A stretch of 64,000 nucleotides of DNA, taken from assembly GCA_963663405.2 (NCBI GenBank), contig CAXXSM010000109.1, forward strand, positions 1 to 64,000, in the 5' to 3' direction. The DNA is from a bacterium. GTDB taxonomy: Bacteria > Hinthialibacterota > Hinthialibacteria > Hinthialibacterales > Hinthialibacteraceae. Below are positions 1-10,872 of the stretch, piece by piece (positions within the stretch are counted from its first letter, which is position 1; each line of letters opens with the position of its first letter). The notes beneath the pieces are model-generated. The model was given only the letters and a program-made list of their open reading frames with translations. It had not been told where the DNA came from and made no database searches. A program made the position numbers and the translations under genes.

Positions 1-212
1 ACACAATGAACGCCACCGAAGCTGTGGAAGCGGCTAAAACAATTCATCCACAAGTCGCGATTCCCATGCATTACGGTTCCATCGTAGGAAGCGCGGCCGA
101 CGCTCAAGCCTTTGAACACGCGCTAACTGGAAGCATTGAAGTAATGATCTTCCAAGAAGGACAAACCATTCCTCCCGCCACAATCAATGTATCAAACTGG
201 CCCAAGATATAA
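1..212 (+). CDS. MBL-fold metallo-hydrolase, C-terminal fragment (gene starts before the window)
   Basis: 'EAVEAAKTIHPQVAIPMHYG' matches the C-terminal IPMHY motif of UPF0173-like MBL hydrolases. Confidence 0.7.
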   Translation, partial: TMNATEAVEAAKTIHPQVAIPMHYGSIVGSAADAQAFEHALTGSIEVMIFQEGQTIPPATINVSNWPKI

Positions 213-347
213 TCGATTCGATTGATCTTCACCATTTTCTAACCACAACCTTCATTCCCTATTGACCTTTCAAATTGGATACTTTATTTTATCAATGATT
301 TATTTTTATGAATAACATATCATATTTTTCTTGGGGAGGTTTACTTC

Positions 348-1016
348 ATGAAACAACATGCCTTTACTCTTATCGAATTACTCATCGTCGTCGCCATCAT
401 CGGAATCTTAGCCGCCATCGCAGTTCCGAATTTTTTGAACGCGCAGATCCGTTCAAAAGTCGCCCGCTCGTTCGCGGATATGCGCTCTACGATCACGGGA
501 ATTGAAGAATTGCGGTTAGACCGGGGAGTATTACTGATCGATTTCTGGGATGATGATACAGATTGGGGACGCGATCGAATTGAAAACACGTTCAATGGTG
601 TTGGCAATCTTCCCGAAAGCACCCGCCGGCAAATTGACGTTCTAGCGCCTTTGACCAGCCCGGTTTCTTATATGTCTTCCGTGCCTCTTGATCCCTTCTC
701 CCCTAGAAATCTGGAAGAACGCTCATCCGGCCATTCGGAGAGATCGGGTCAAGAAGGAAACAACGTCTATCTCTATATCGACGACGATCCAGAAGGCGGG
801 GGAGCCAATCACGGTGGCACCAGTTTCGATCCCCCCATGAAAATGGGAGAATACGTACTCTTCGCGTGGGGACCAGGCACACAGGATTTATATAAATCCA
901 ACGGCGTTCGTACAGGTGTTCCATATGACGCCTCAAATGGCATATCCAGCCTCGGTGATATCATGATGAAATCAGGAGGCGGTCCCGTCCGCGTCAACAC
1001 CGCTGGTGGGCGCTGA
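348..1016 (+). CDS. Prepilin-type N-terminal cleavage/methylation domain protein (GspG-like pseudopilin)
   Basis: AFTLIELLIVVAIIGILAAIAVPNF type IV pilin N-terminus with E5; GGAGG RBS upstream. Confidence 0.9.
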   Translation: MKQHAFTLIELLIVVAIIGILAAIAVPNFLNAQIRSKVARSFADMRSTITGIEELRLDRGVLLIDFWDDDTDWGRDRIENTFNGVGNLPESTRRQIDVLAPLTSPVSYMSSVPLDPFSPRNLEERSSGHSERSGQEGNNVYLYIDDDPEGGGANHGGTSFDPPMKMGEYVLFAWGPGTQDLYKSNGVRTGVPYDASNGISSLGDIMMKSGGGPVRVNTAGGR

Positions 1017-1349
1017 TCGGAAAAAAATTAAATTTCTTCGAAATCTCAAAGAAATCGGCCTACGGCGCCGATCAGTGAATCCTTTTGAAAGAGAACGGTC
1101 GAAGTTCAGTATTCATTCTCTCTCGTTTCCTTCATTTACGTTGAATTCACTTTTTACCCTAATCAATAGAAATATAAAATTTAGAAACGAGATAACACTC
1201 GCATACACTTCCTTGATTTATTCAATGTTTCTGCTATGGTTCGTTTTCGATCCTTCTTGCGTCCGTTCCTGCAGTATATCTTCATTCCTATGGACACAAT
1301 GGCGCTAAGCCGGTTCGTTTACTCATCAATCAAAAAGGAGTTCGATCCC

Positions 1350-2471
1350 ATGTACAAACGATTTACCTGCCTATCCTGCGCTCTGTTATTATTGCTACTC
1401 GCCGGTCCCGTTATCGTACAATGCGAACAGGCCGCCGATAAAGCGCCAACGCAAACCGAGTCTTCGAAAAAAGAGTCTGGAGAAAACGTTGTTCTATCCA
1501 AAATCGGCGATATCGAAATCACCGGAGGGGAAGTGCTGGAGATGGTCACTGCGCTTTCAAAGCGAATGCAGCGGTCAACCCTGCCATCGAACAACACGCG
1601 CGAATTTTTTAGTAACGCGCTAACCACCTGCACCGATGGAGCCATTATTCGCGCAACAGCGAAAAAGCAGGGAATTGTCTGCTCCGCGTCAGATATCGAT
1701 GAAAAAATCAAAGAAATCAGTAAACAGTTCCCATCAGAAGAACAGTTCAAAAAAATGATCGCCGCCCAAGGAATGACCGACAAATTACTCCGTAATAACA
1801 TCCGTGATAAAATCTTGTTCGATCAATTAGTCGATAAAAATGTGGAGAAAGATTCTCCTCCCACAGACGATGAGATTAAAGAATTTTATGACAAAAATCC
1901 CAAATTCTTCCAAGAACAAGAACAAGTACGGGCCAGCCATATCTTACTCATGACAAAAAAAGAAGCCCCCCCGGAAGAAAAAGACAAAATCAAAAAGAAA
2001 TTGGAAGGCATTGTGGATGACATCAAAGCCGAAAAAATTACGTTTGAAGACGCAGCCAAACAATATTCTGATGATAAAGGATCCGGACAGCAGGGAGGCG
2101 ATTTAAATTACTTCACTCGTGGCCGTATGGTTCCACCATTTGAAAAAGCGGCTTTCGAAACCCCGGTTGGAGAAATGAGTGGAATCGTAGAAAGCCAATT
2201 CGGTTATCATGTAATCAAAGTAGTGGACCACAAAGAAGGCCGGACGGTTCCTCTGGAAGAAGCTAAAGAAAAAATTTCCACTTATCTCTCCGATCAGTCT
2301 CACGCTAAATCCATCAATCTCTACCTAAAAATGCTGCGTGAAACAACGGAGGTTGAAGTCCTTGTCTCAGCGGAAGACTGGCTCAAACAATACGCGCCGG
2401 AAAGCCCGGACAATGCGGGCAAGAAGCCTTCCAACACGATCCAAATCGATCCGAATTTACTAAAAAAATAA
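1350..2471 (+). CDS. PpiC/parvulin peptidyl-prolyl isomerase, PrsA/SurA-like foldase
   Basis: Signal peptide after AAGGAG RBS; VRASHIL, AKQYSDD, GGDLNYF, MVPPFEKAAF and SQFGYHVIKV rotamase motifs. Confidence 0.9.
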   Translation: MYKRFTCLSCALLLLLLAGPVIVQCEQAADKAPTQTESSKKESGENVVLSKIGDIEITGGEVLEMVTALSKRMQRSTLPSNNTREFFSNALTTCTDGAIIRATAKKQGIVCSASDIDEKIKEISKQFPSEEQFKKMIAAQGMTDKLLRNNIRDKILFDQLVDKNVEKDSPPTDDEIKEFYDKNPKFFQEQEQVRASHILLMTKKEAPPEEKDKIKKKLEGIVDDIKAEKITFEDAAKQYSDDKGSGQQGGDLNYFTRGRMVPPFEKAAFETPVGEMSGIVESQFGYHVIKVVDHKEGRTVPLEEAKEKISTYLSDQSHAKSINLYLKMLRETTEVEVLVSAEDWLKQYAPESPDNAGKKPSNTIQIDPNLLKK

Positions 2472-2496
2472 GATCCACATATAATCAAAACGCAAC

Positions 2497-2553
2497 AAAA
2501 AAACGGGCCGGGAGAATGGTATGAATTCAATCCCGGCCCGCTTTGCTTTTCTT
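2497..2553. terminator. Bidirectional intrinsic terminator between the convergent foldase and leuS genes
   Basis: CGGGCCGGGA (2504-2513) / TCCCGGCCCG (2531-2540) stem flanked by A-run and T-rich tracts. Confidence 0.75.
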
Positions 2554-2559
2554 TCTGTT

Positions 2560-5047
2560 TCAAGAAACCAATATATTGAGAAGGCGATTGGGGACGTATA
2601 TCTTTTTATGGATGCTTTTTTCCCGCAAGCGGTTCTGCACTTTCTTTTCCTGCAGCGCAGCTTCCAGAATCTGTTCTTCATCCGCGTCCCGGTCCACTTC
2701 GACCGCGACGGCGAACTTGCCATTGACTTGAATCGCGATCTTCTGGGTCAAAGCCTCTAACGCGTCACGTTCCAGAACGGGCCAGGGCTGTTCTACTAGA
2801 AGGGTTCCTCCACCGATTGATTCCCAAATCTCTTCACATATATGAGGCGCAAAGATACCTAGCATCCGGATTAATATCCGGTAAGACGCCGCCGCCGGTT
2901 GCGCCGCCGCCGTCTCTGGATACTGATAGTGAGCGTTTGTCAACGCCATCAATGCGGCGATCGCGGTGTTGAACTGAAATCCTTCGGTATCTTCCGTCAC
3001 TTTTTGAATCGTCTCATGGGTAATGCGCCGCAGTTCCCTCTCCGGACCGGATTGACACAGGTCTTTATCCATGACAGATTCTGGATGCGCCTTCAAAGCA
3101 TCTTCTAATCGACTGCACAAACGCCAAACACGGTTTAAATAGGCCCGCGCGTCTTTCGGGCCGGTGTCATCCCAATTGATGGCGACGTTATACGCGGTGG
3201 CGAACATAAGATAAACACGCAATGCGTCCGCCCCATATACGTCAATCACATCAAACGGCTCAACTACGTTCCCCAGGGACTTGGATTGTTTCCGGCCTTC
3301 CGAATCATTCACCATCCCATGATTGTACAACCGCTGAAACGGTTCATTGAAATCCAACAGTCCCAGATCACGCAGCACTTTGACGAAAAAGCGTGAATAC
3401 ATCAAATGAAGTGTCGCATGTTCGACACCCCCGATATACACATCAACCGGCAGCATCCGGTTTACGGTCTCTTTAACAAACGGTGTCTCACATTTCGGAT
3501 CTGTGTAACGAATAAAATACCAAGACGAATCAACGAATGTATCCATCGTATCCGTATCGCGCTTGGCCGGATTGCCGCATTGGGGGCATGTCGTCTCATA
3601 ATAAGAAGGACAACGGGACAAGGGACTACCGGTTCCCTCAAACGTCACATCGTCAGGAAGAAGCACGGGCAGTTGATCCTCCGGCACGGGAACCGCGCCC
3701 ACACGATTCACAATGAATAATAGGGATCGGATTGCCCCAATATCGCTGTCGTGAAACACTCCAATTCTGGAGACGGTACTGTTGGGAGAATTGACCCTTC
3801 CCCTTCTTTTCCAAAGCGGCGGTGACTTTCTTTTTCCCTTCCTCGCTGGGAAGACCGTCAAATTCACCACTGTTTACCATCGTTCCGGAACCGGTATAGG
3901 CTTCATCCAACGATTGATCCGGCGCCATCTCTTCCCCTGCGATCACAAGACGAATTGGAATACCATACTGCCGCGCGAATTCAAAGTCGCGCTGATCGTG
4001 AGCGGGAACGGCCATGATCGCGCCGGTTCCATATTCCATGAGAACATAATTCGCAGTCCAGATTGGAACACGTTCCCCATTGACCGGATTGACCGCAAAA
4101 CACCCCGTAAACTCCCCGAGTTTCTCTAGATTTTCCTTCGCCCGGTCTTCGGAAGCCTGCATCAGCACTTCATCCCGGAACGTTTCGATCCGCTTCCGGT
4201 ATTCCGGAGTCATATCCAATCGATCGAGAAGGTTGTGTTCGGGCGCCAGGACGACGAAGGTACATCCACATAATGTATCCGGACGTGTCGTAAAAACAGG
4301 CAGCGGCTCGTTCGTTCCTTCTATATCAAATAGTATTTCCGCTCCCTGGCTGCGGCCGATCCATGTGCGTTGAATATTTTTGACGCTATCCGGCCAATCA
4401 GGAAGCTGGTCGAGTTCATCCAACAATTCATCCGCGTACGAGCGGATATTGAAGAACCACTGCGGCACACGCTTCTTGATTACGCTCGATTCACAGCGCC
4501 AGCATTTCCCTCCCTCAGCCTGCTCATTCGCCAAAACGGTCGAGCATCGTTCGCACCAATTCACAAAACTCGTATCCGGGAACACCAATCCTTTTTCAAA
4601 CATACGAATAAACAAGATCTGCTGGGCGCGGATATAATCAGGCGAACAGGTCGCCAGTTCCGTATTCCAATCGTAACTCAGCCCAAGCCGGCGCATGGCG
4701 CTCGTCATTCCCTTGATCGCTTCCTCGGTAAACTGCCTCGGATGGACATTCCGGGTAATAGCGGCGTTTTCCGCTGGCAAGCCAAAGGAATCCCACCCCA
4801 TCGGATAGAGAACATCATACCCACGAGCGCGGTACATCCGCGCCAGAATGTCCCCCATTGTGTAATTCCGGACATGCCCGATATGCATGCGGCCCGATGT
4901 GTAGGGGAACATTTCCAGCACATAATATTTCTCTTTGGCGGGATCATTCGCCCACTGGAAACAACCGGCGGCTTCCCAACGCTGCTGCCATTTCTCTTCA
5001 AATTCTTGGTGGATATATTTGTCTTGCATCAGACCTCGTTCCTTCAT
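2560..5047 (-). CDS. leuS: Leucine--tRNA ligase, split by one frameshift near 3699
   Basis: MFPYTSGRMHIGH, GWDSFGLPAENAA, editing motifs FTTRPDT and GTGAIMAVPAHDQRD, WSVSRQRYWG, DTMDTFVDSSWY, KQSKS; removing one G from the GGG run at 3698-3700 joins the two ORFs (HCESCGAVPVP). Confidence 0.95.
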
Positions 5048-5375
5048 CCTCTCTCCGGACGCCCGTGACTCAATAAACGAAACAGCGCCCTATCAAAAAT
5101 GATAGTAGATCCTCTCACGATAGGGGAAAAAACAATGGCGCGCTATACATATTAGAACTACGCATCTTCCAACGTGACAACTGAATACCACAATGTCAGC
5201 ATCGTAATCAATGTAAACTTATATATTTAACCCATTCAGGCAGGAAGTCAAAGAGCGCCGACAAATAAAACGGGAGAGAATTGGGAAAACGCCGGTCTTT
5301 CTAACACGGGATAGATATTTCTAATCACTACGAATGGAAGATTGATAATCGCCTTATAGAGAATAGATATACTTG

Positions 5376-6801
5376 TTAATCCACGGAGATTACACTCTGA
5401 TAACCCGATGTCCGGACTTCGGTGAAGTAGGAATTCACGGTCCGTTCGAGCATCTCGAATGGGATGGTGAGAGGCAACTCATTAAAGGCGCAGTAATCCG
5501 CCAGCTGATCGGTAATATCACGTGGATCGCAGGCCCGTAGAATACGTCCTAGCGGACGGTAACACTTCTGCACGATCTTATCCACAAAAGCGGGATCGAT
5601 ATCCAGATTTTTTTTTCTTGCATTCCACGCGAAAGATCAACTTATATACATCCAGTGAGAGTTCTCCTAAATAAACTTTGTAACGGATACGGCGGAGAAA
5701 CGCTTCATCCACCAGTTCGGTCGGATCGAGGTTCGTCGCGAAGACAACCAATTGCTCGAAGGGAATGGAGAATTTCTTCCCTGTATGCAGCGTTAGATAA
5801 TCGATTTTTTCTTCCAGCGGGACAATCCACCGGTTCAACAGGTCTTTTGGCTTAACCAGCTGACGGCCAAAGTCATCGATAATCAAAACCCCTCCATTCG
5901 ATTTCATCTGAAGAGGGCCTTCATAAAAACGGGTCGCAGGATTGTAGCGCAAGTCCAGCATATGCAATTCAAGTTCACCACCGACGACAACGGTCGGGCG
6001 GCGGCACAACACCCATCGCCGGTCTCCTGCGGAATCTTTGAACAATCCACTCACCGGCGATTCCGCCTCTTTCACACGTTCATGATGGACGGGATCGTAA
6101 ACACGGATCACGCTGCCTCCAACCAGAATGGCGTGAGGAATCGCGAAATGACCACCATTCACATCTAAAAATTCAGAGATTTTTTTTGCGAGGGTTGTTT
6201 TACCGGTACCGGGCGGCCCGTAAACGAAACACGATTTTCCCGATCGGATGGCGGGCCCAATCTGTGAAAAAAGAGTATCATCGATAATAAAATCCCGCCA
6301 CGCTTCCCGCAGTGTTTTCTCTGTGATAACAATACGGGTAAAATTGTGATATTTGACATACTGATTATATTGATCGAATGTCACCGGCGCAGGACCGGTA
6401 TAGGTGTCTTGCTCCAAAATATCCCGTGAGTATCTACGCCCCCGCTCGGTAAGAGCGAATTGATCCGTCGAATTCCCCAATCCTTTACCGCCCCGTTTTT
6501 CCGCGTATTGATCAAAAACAAGTTGATTAAGAATCGCATCGATCGAGGGAAAAGGGAGCGCGATTTTTTCGGCGATCATCAAACCACTAAGCACTCCAAA
6601 GCGGTACAAATGCTTAATGATCAAATCGCTGACATAGGAACTCGAAAGCCCCGATTCTTCCAAGGATTTGGGCGCGGGGGGAAGATTCTGGCTTGTGTCG
6701 ATACCAACCGTTTCTGATTGGAAACTTGTATCTTGTTCAAGCCAGGAATCCATCTCTTCTTCAGATGAAGCCGCTTTTGAATAGGTTTCGGGGATTTCCA
6801 T
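5376..6801 (-). CDS. AAA+ ATPase with an N-terminal winged-helix-like region, frameshift in the A9 run at 5608-5616
   Basis: Walker A GPPGTGKT, Walker B LIIDD, FATN sensor, DEAFLRRI arginine finger; A9 to A8 joins 5578..6801 with 5376..5585. Confidence 0.8.
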
Positions 6802-6830
6802 ACCCTTCAGCCCCCTCTGTTCTATATGAA

Positions 6831-7433
6831 TTAATTCTCGGATCCTTCATCGCCCACAGGAGTGTTCATGATTTTCTCAAATAAAGTCGGTTGCGATTTT
6901 TTCTCTCCAGATATCATGCGGCTGTAAGCGGCGCTCCCTTTTTTTCCGTCCATTCCCTCCCCTTGATCAAACATCTTAACTACGACCCGCCGATTGACAG
7001 CCCGCCCCTCATCAGACCAATTCGACGCGGCGGGACGGGCTTCTCCAAAGCTGCGGATTACTAAACGTTCGTCCCATACACCAGCGCTCCGCAGATAATC
7101 AGCGGCGGTCAAAGCGCGTTTATAACCCAATTTTATATTGTACTCATCAGTGTTATTATGATCGGCGTGACCTTCAATGATGACAAGCCCGGAACGATCC
7201 GACACTTCACGGGCGATTTGATCCAAAATACTCTTGGCAGTATCTGTTAGATACGCTTTATCGTAAGCGAATTCGATGATTCCCAGTTCCACCTCCGGAG
7301 GATGGGCGTTGGCGATCATATCGTCAAACGGCTTTTCAACCACGGCGGCGCGGGCGGCCTGGTCGGCTGGAGGTGTAGTCGCACAACTTGAAAACAAAAC
7401 GATAATCGATAGAAAAACAACACAATAATTCAT
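6831..7433 (-). CDS. OmpA-family peptidoglycan-binding lipoprotein
   Basis: Lipobox-like LFSSC; IEGHAD, YNIKLGYKRA, SFGEARP and NRRV OmpA C-terminal motifs. Confidence 0.88.
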   Translation of the reverse strand: MNYCVVFLSIIVLFSSCATTPPADQAARAAVVEKPFDDMIANAHPPEVELGIIEFAYDKAYLTDTAKSILDQIAREVSDRSGLVIIEGHADHNNTDEYNIKLGYKRALTAADYLRSAGVWDERLVIRSFGEARPAASNWSDEGRAVNRRVVVKMFDQGEGMDGKKGSAAYSRMISGEKKSQPTLFEKIMNTPVGDEGSEN

Positions 7434-7465
7434 CACAGCGCCTCCGTTTATATAAAAATGAGTTT

Positions 7466-7586
7466 GTAGGGTGGGTCGCGTCTTTTTGAGGCGCCATTTT
7501 CGTGAATCATTCACGGTAGATCAATAAAGCGTAAGGCGCCCTACCGCGACTCATTTTCATCTGCCTGTTGTAATCTCAATCACGAT
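7466..7586. repeat. REP/REPIN-like element (GTAG family), copy 1, interior inverted relative to copy 2
   Basis: GTAGGGTGGGTCGCG...AGGCGCCCTAC; homologous to 40569-40698. Confidence 0.8.
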
Positions 7587-7606
7587 CGTTTATACGAGAA
7601 ATATCG

Positions 7607-8524
7607 TTACATCAATTTTTCGATAATCTTGATCGCCGCCGGCCCAACGAGAACAACAAAAATAGCGGGAAAGATAAAAAGCACCAGCGGGAAAATCAAC
7701 TTCACGCTGGTCTTCGCCGCCAACTCTTCCGCCCGCTGGCGGCGCCGGGTTCGTAGATCGTCGGAATGGACACGCAGGGCCTTCGCCAGACTGGTTCCGA
7801 AACGATCCGCTTGCGTAAGCACTGCCGAAAGAGCCTTTAAATCCGTCACCCCGGTTCGTTCACCAAGATCGTGCAAAGCCTCCGAACGCGGACGGCCCAT
7901 ACGGATGGTGGCGCAGGTTAGGTTCAACTCCGTACTGAGAATGCGGTTACTCATGTGAAATTCTTCACTCACCTTTTTCAAGGCGGCGTCCAAACCCAAT
8001 CCGGCTTCAATACAAACGACAAGAAGATCTAGCGCGTCCGGCAATCCACAAAAAATCTGTTCATGCCGCCTTCGTTTCATATAAAAGAGAAACAAATCGG
8101 GAAGAAACAATCCGCAACCAATGGCGACGCAAGAGGGAATCATCGCCTGGGTTAGCGGCGATTGAATTAAGATATAATACGAATACACGAGAACGGGCAT
8201 GAACAGGACCATGACTATCTTGATCCCCCAATACGTTGAAAACGCCTGATCGCTGTAATACCCCGCCATCGCCAACCGCTGTTTACTTGCGCTTCGTTTT
8301 TCCGGATCTTTGGGCGCGACTTGCTCGCCCAGAGACGCCATCATGGTTTGCCTGTCTTCGGTCGGCAGAACAAACGAGTTTTTCGCCGAGGGCTTCGTTT
8401 TATTTATACTATCAATCCGCACGTCAACGGCGCTTTTGAAAAAGCCCATCAATGCGGCAACCCCAAGAACGACGAGAAAAATGGTGGCGAATGAGAAAAT
8501 ACCGATCAAGAGTTCCATGATCAC
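7607..8524 (-). CDS. tadC: Tad pilus platform protein TadC
   Basis: LPDALDLLVVCIEAGLGLDAAL, QADRFGTSLAKALRV, AEELAAKTSVKLIFPLVLFIFP. Confidence 0.92.
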   Translation of the reverse strand: MIMELLIGIFSFATIFLVVLGVAALMGFFKSAVDVRIDSINKTKPSAKNSFVLPTEDRQTMMASLGEQVAPKDPEKRSASKQRLAMAGYYSDQAFSTYWGIKIVMVLFMPVLVYSYYILIQSPLTQAMIPSCVAIGCGLFLPDLFLFYMKRRRHEQIFCGLPDALDLLVVCIEAGLGLDAALKKVSEEFHMSNRILSTELNLTCATIRMGRPRSEALHDLGERTGVTDLKALSAVLTQADRFGTSLAKALRVHSDDLRTRRRQRAEELAAKTSVKLIFPLVLFIFPAIFVVLVGPAAIKIIEKLM

Positions 8525-9492
8525 ACCTTGATTTTCACAATTTTACGAATCGCAAAGATTCCAAGAATCTGCATCCCTGCGGCGATATACAGCATATACT
8601 GTCCCAGTTCAGTCGTCAGCAATGGCATGACATATTTTGGATTCGTAGTGTAAAGAAAAGAGAACACAAAAATGGGCAGCAGGCTCAACACCCAGCCCGA
8701 CAAGCGGCCCTCTGCTGTAAGCGCTTTCACTTGTCCAAGAATCTTAAACCGTTCGCGAATTACGCGGGATAAGTTGTCCAACACTTCCGCCAAATCGCCA
8801 CCGGTCTGATTGTGGATTAAAATCGAGATCACGAAAAACCGTAAATCCAACAACGGCACCCGATGAGCCAGCTGGCGGAGAGAATCTTCGAGTGGCAGCC
8901 CCATCTGTTGTTCACTCGACACGCGGCCGAATTCCGGACCGATCGGATCGGGCATCTCGGTGGAGACCAAGTGCATCCCCATCTGAAGAGGATGCCCGGC
9001 GCGCAGTGATCGGCTGATGATTTCAAGCGATTGCGCGAGATGAGTTTCAAACATTTGAATTCGCTGTTTACGCGCAAAAATAAGATAGAGATACGGCGCC
9101 AGTAAAGCAACGACGAAAACAATAATCGTAATCAAAAGTTGATGCAAAAAAAACCAGGAAACCGCCGTTAAAACGCTGGACATAACCACAGTCGCGATCC
9201 CCCATTTGCCAACATCAATACTCATACCGGCCTGTTCAAAGAGAAGCGGGAGATTCAACAACGGCGGAAAATCCGAAAAGAATTCATACTGCTCCCAATT
9301 CCGTTCGGTTTTCAACAAAGCGAGATCTGAATTGGTGAATCCACTCTTCGGCGAGGTTTGACGCATGGTCTCAAAACGCTTCTTCACGACAGCCTTTTCT
9401 GATTTTATCAGGCTGTAGACGAAAAAGGCCACACCGAGAATACAAACGATCGTCCCTAAAAAGACGATTATGATGATGTAGGTGTCCGTCAT
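8521..9492 (-). CDS. tadB: Tad pilus platform protein TadB
   Basis: [37 protein letters not shown]. Confidence 0.92.
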   Translation of the reverse strand: MTDTYIIIIVFLGTIVCILGVAFFVYSLIKSEKAVVKKRFETMRQTSPKSGFTNSDLALLKTERNWEQYEFFSDFPPLLNLPLLFEQAGMSIDVGKWGIATVVMSSVLTAVSWFFLHQLLITIIVFVVALLAPYLYLIFARKQRIQMFETHLAQSLEIISRSLRAGHPLQMGMHLVSTEMPDPIGPEFGRVSSEQQMGLPLEDSLRQLAHRVPLLDLRFFVISILIHNQTGGDLAEVLDNLSRVIRERFKILGQVKALTAEGRLSGWVLSLLPIFVFSFLYTTNPKYVMPLLTTELGQYMLYIAAGMQILGIFAIRKIVKIKV

Positions 9493-10856
9493 GATTTTTC
9501 TCCTACACGCATTTTGACGCCAGGCCGGAACAGGTCGGGAGAAAGCCGGATCCCCGCGGATTCAATCCGGGTTAGACACCGCGGACGAATACCGGCGGAA
9601 ATAAACGCGCCATGAACCCTCCCATCCGAATCGACGTCTTCCTGTTTAAACTGAAAGATTTCTTGCATGGTGATGATATCCCCTTCCATGCCGACAATCT
9701 CACTGATGGAAATCACACGCCGCGTACCGTCCATCAAACGGTTCGCCTGCACGATGATGTTGATCGCGGAACTGATCTGTTGACGAATGACACGCATTGG
9801 CAAATCAAATCCGCTCATGGTGACCATCGTCTCAATCCGGCTGATCGCGTCACGTGGCGTATTGGCGTGAATCGTCGTCAACGAACCTTCGTGCCCTGTG
9901 TTCATGGCCTGCAGCATATCCAGCGCCTCCGCTCCACGCACCTCGCCGAGGATAATCCGGTCCGGACGCATACGCAGGGAGTTGAAGAGAAGATCCCGCT
10001 GTGTGATGGCCCCGCTGCCTTCAATATTGGGGGGACGGGTTTCCAGACGAACAACATGGGGCTGCTGTAGAATCAATTCCGCCGAATCTTCAATGGTGAT
10101 GATACGTTCGGCGGGGGGAATGAAAGAGGTTAAAATATTAAGCAGTGTCGTTTTACCTGATCCAGTTCCACCGGAGATAATCACGTTCAATTTGGCGCGC
10201 ACTGCGCCCTCCAGCAATTCCACCATTTCCGGAATCAATGCCCCGAAATCCAAAAGATCATCTAGTTTTAATGGATTGACGCCGAAACGCCGAATCGACA
10301 AGGTGGGGCCATTTAATGAAAGAGGAGGAATAATCGCATTCACACGGGAACCGTCCGGAAGACGGGCGTCGACCATTGGCATTGTCTCATCAATCCGGCG
10401 CCCGATCCGGGACACAATCCGGTCGATAATCTGAAGCAGATGCCGGTCATCTCGAAAACGAGACTCGACTTTCTGCAATCGCCCCTTCTTTTCCACGTAA
10501 ATTTCTTTGTAACTGTTAACAAGAATATCCGAGACTTCCAGGTCTTTTAAAATCGGCTCCAAAGGCCCAAATCCAAATATTTCGTCAAGAATCTCCTCAA
10601 CGATATCCATCCGTTCCTGCGCATTCAATGGGATTTGCTGCGCAGCGATCATTTTCATGATCTCCGGCCTTACATGCTGCTTCGCCTCTTCTTTGTTATC
10701 ATCCGTAATTCTCGCTAAATCGAGCCTCTCAATCAACCGCCGGTGAATCTCAATCTTAATTTCCTGCAGACGGGCGTTACGATCCACGCCACGGGCAGAG
10801 GCGGCTGACCGCGGAGATACGGTTGATGCATGCGGGGAACTCGGCGATGCGCTCAT
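9489..10856 (-). CDS. cpaF: Tad/Flp pilus assembly ATPase CpaF/TadA
   Basis: [48 protein letters not shown]. Confidence 0.95.
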   Translation of the reverse strand: MSASPSSPHASTVSPRSAASARGVDRNARLQEIKIEIHRRLIERLDLARITDDNKEEAKQHVRPEIMKMIAAQQIPLNAQERMDIVEEILDEIFGFGPLEPILKDLEVSDILVNSYKEIYVEKKGRLQKVESRFRDDRHLLQIIDRIVSRIGRRIDETMPMVDARLPDGSRVNAIIPPLSLNGPTLSIRRFGVNPLKLDDLLDFGALIPEMVELLEGAVRAKLNVIISGGTGSGKTTLLNILTSFIPPAERIITIEDSAELILQQPHVVRLETRPPNIEGSGAITQRDLLFNSLRMRPDRIILGEVRGAEALDMLQAMNTGHEGSLTTIHANTPRDAISRIETMVTMSGFDLPMRVIRQQISSAINIIVQANRLMDGTRRVISISEIVGMEGDIITMQEIFQFKQEDVDSDGRVHGAFISAGIRPRCLTRIESAGIRLSPDLFRPGVKMRVGEKS

Positions 10857-10872
10857 AGGATTTCTTTCCCTC

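Noticed and set aside
348-1016. Diversity-generating retroelement or cassette shuffling acting on the pseudopilins
   Set aside because: No reverse transcriptase, recombinase or near-identical template/variable repeat pair; the two pilin genes differ at most synonymous sites
1054-1072. ATCGGC..GCCGAT after the first pseudopilin as another BlaI operator
   Set aside because: The spacer is 7 nt rather than 4 and it lies just after a stop codon; more likely an RNA hairpin
3690-3710. Programmed frameshift or naturally split (alpha/beta) LeuRS
   Set aside because: The downstream ORF has no credible start; one extra G in GGG explains it, and similar indels occur throughout the window
4370-5068. Long antisense and alternate-frame ORFs (e.g. 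4370-5068, 9898-10434, 14196-14744, 50909-51418)
   Set aside because: Shadows of well-supported genes, with no recognisable motifs
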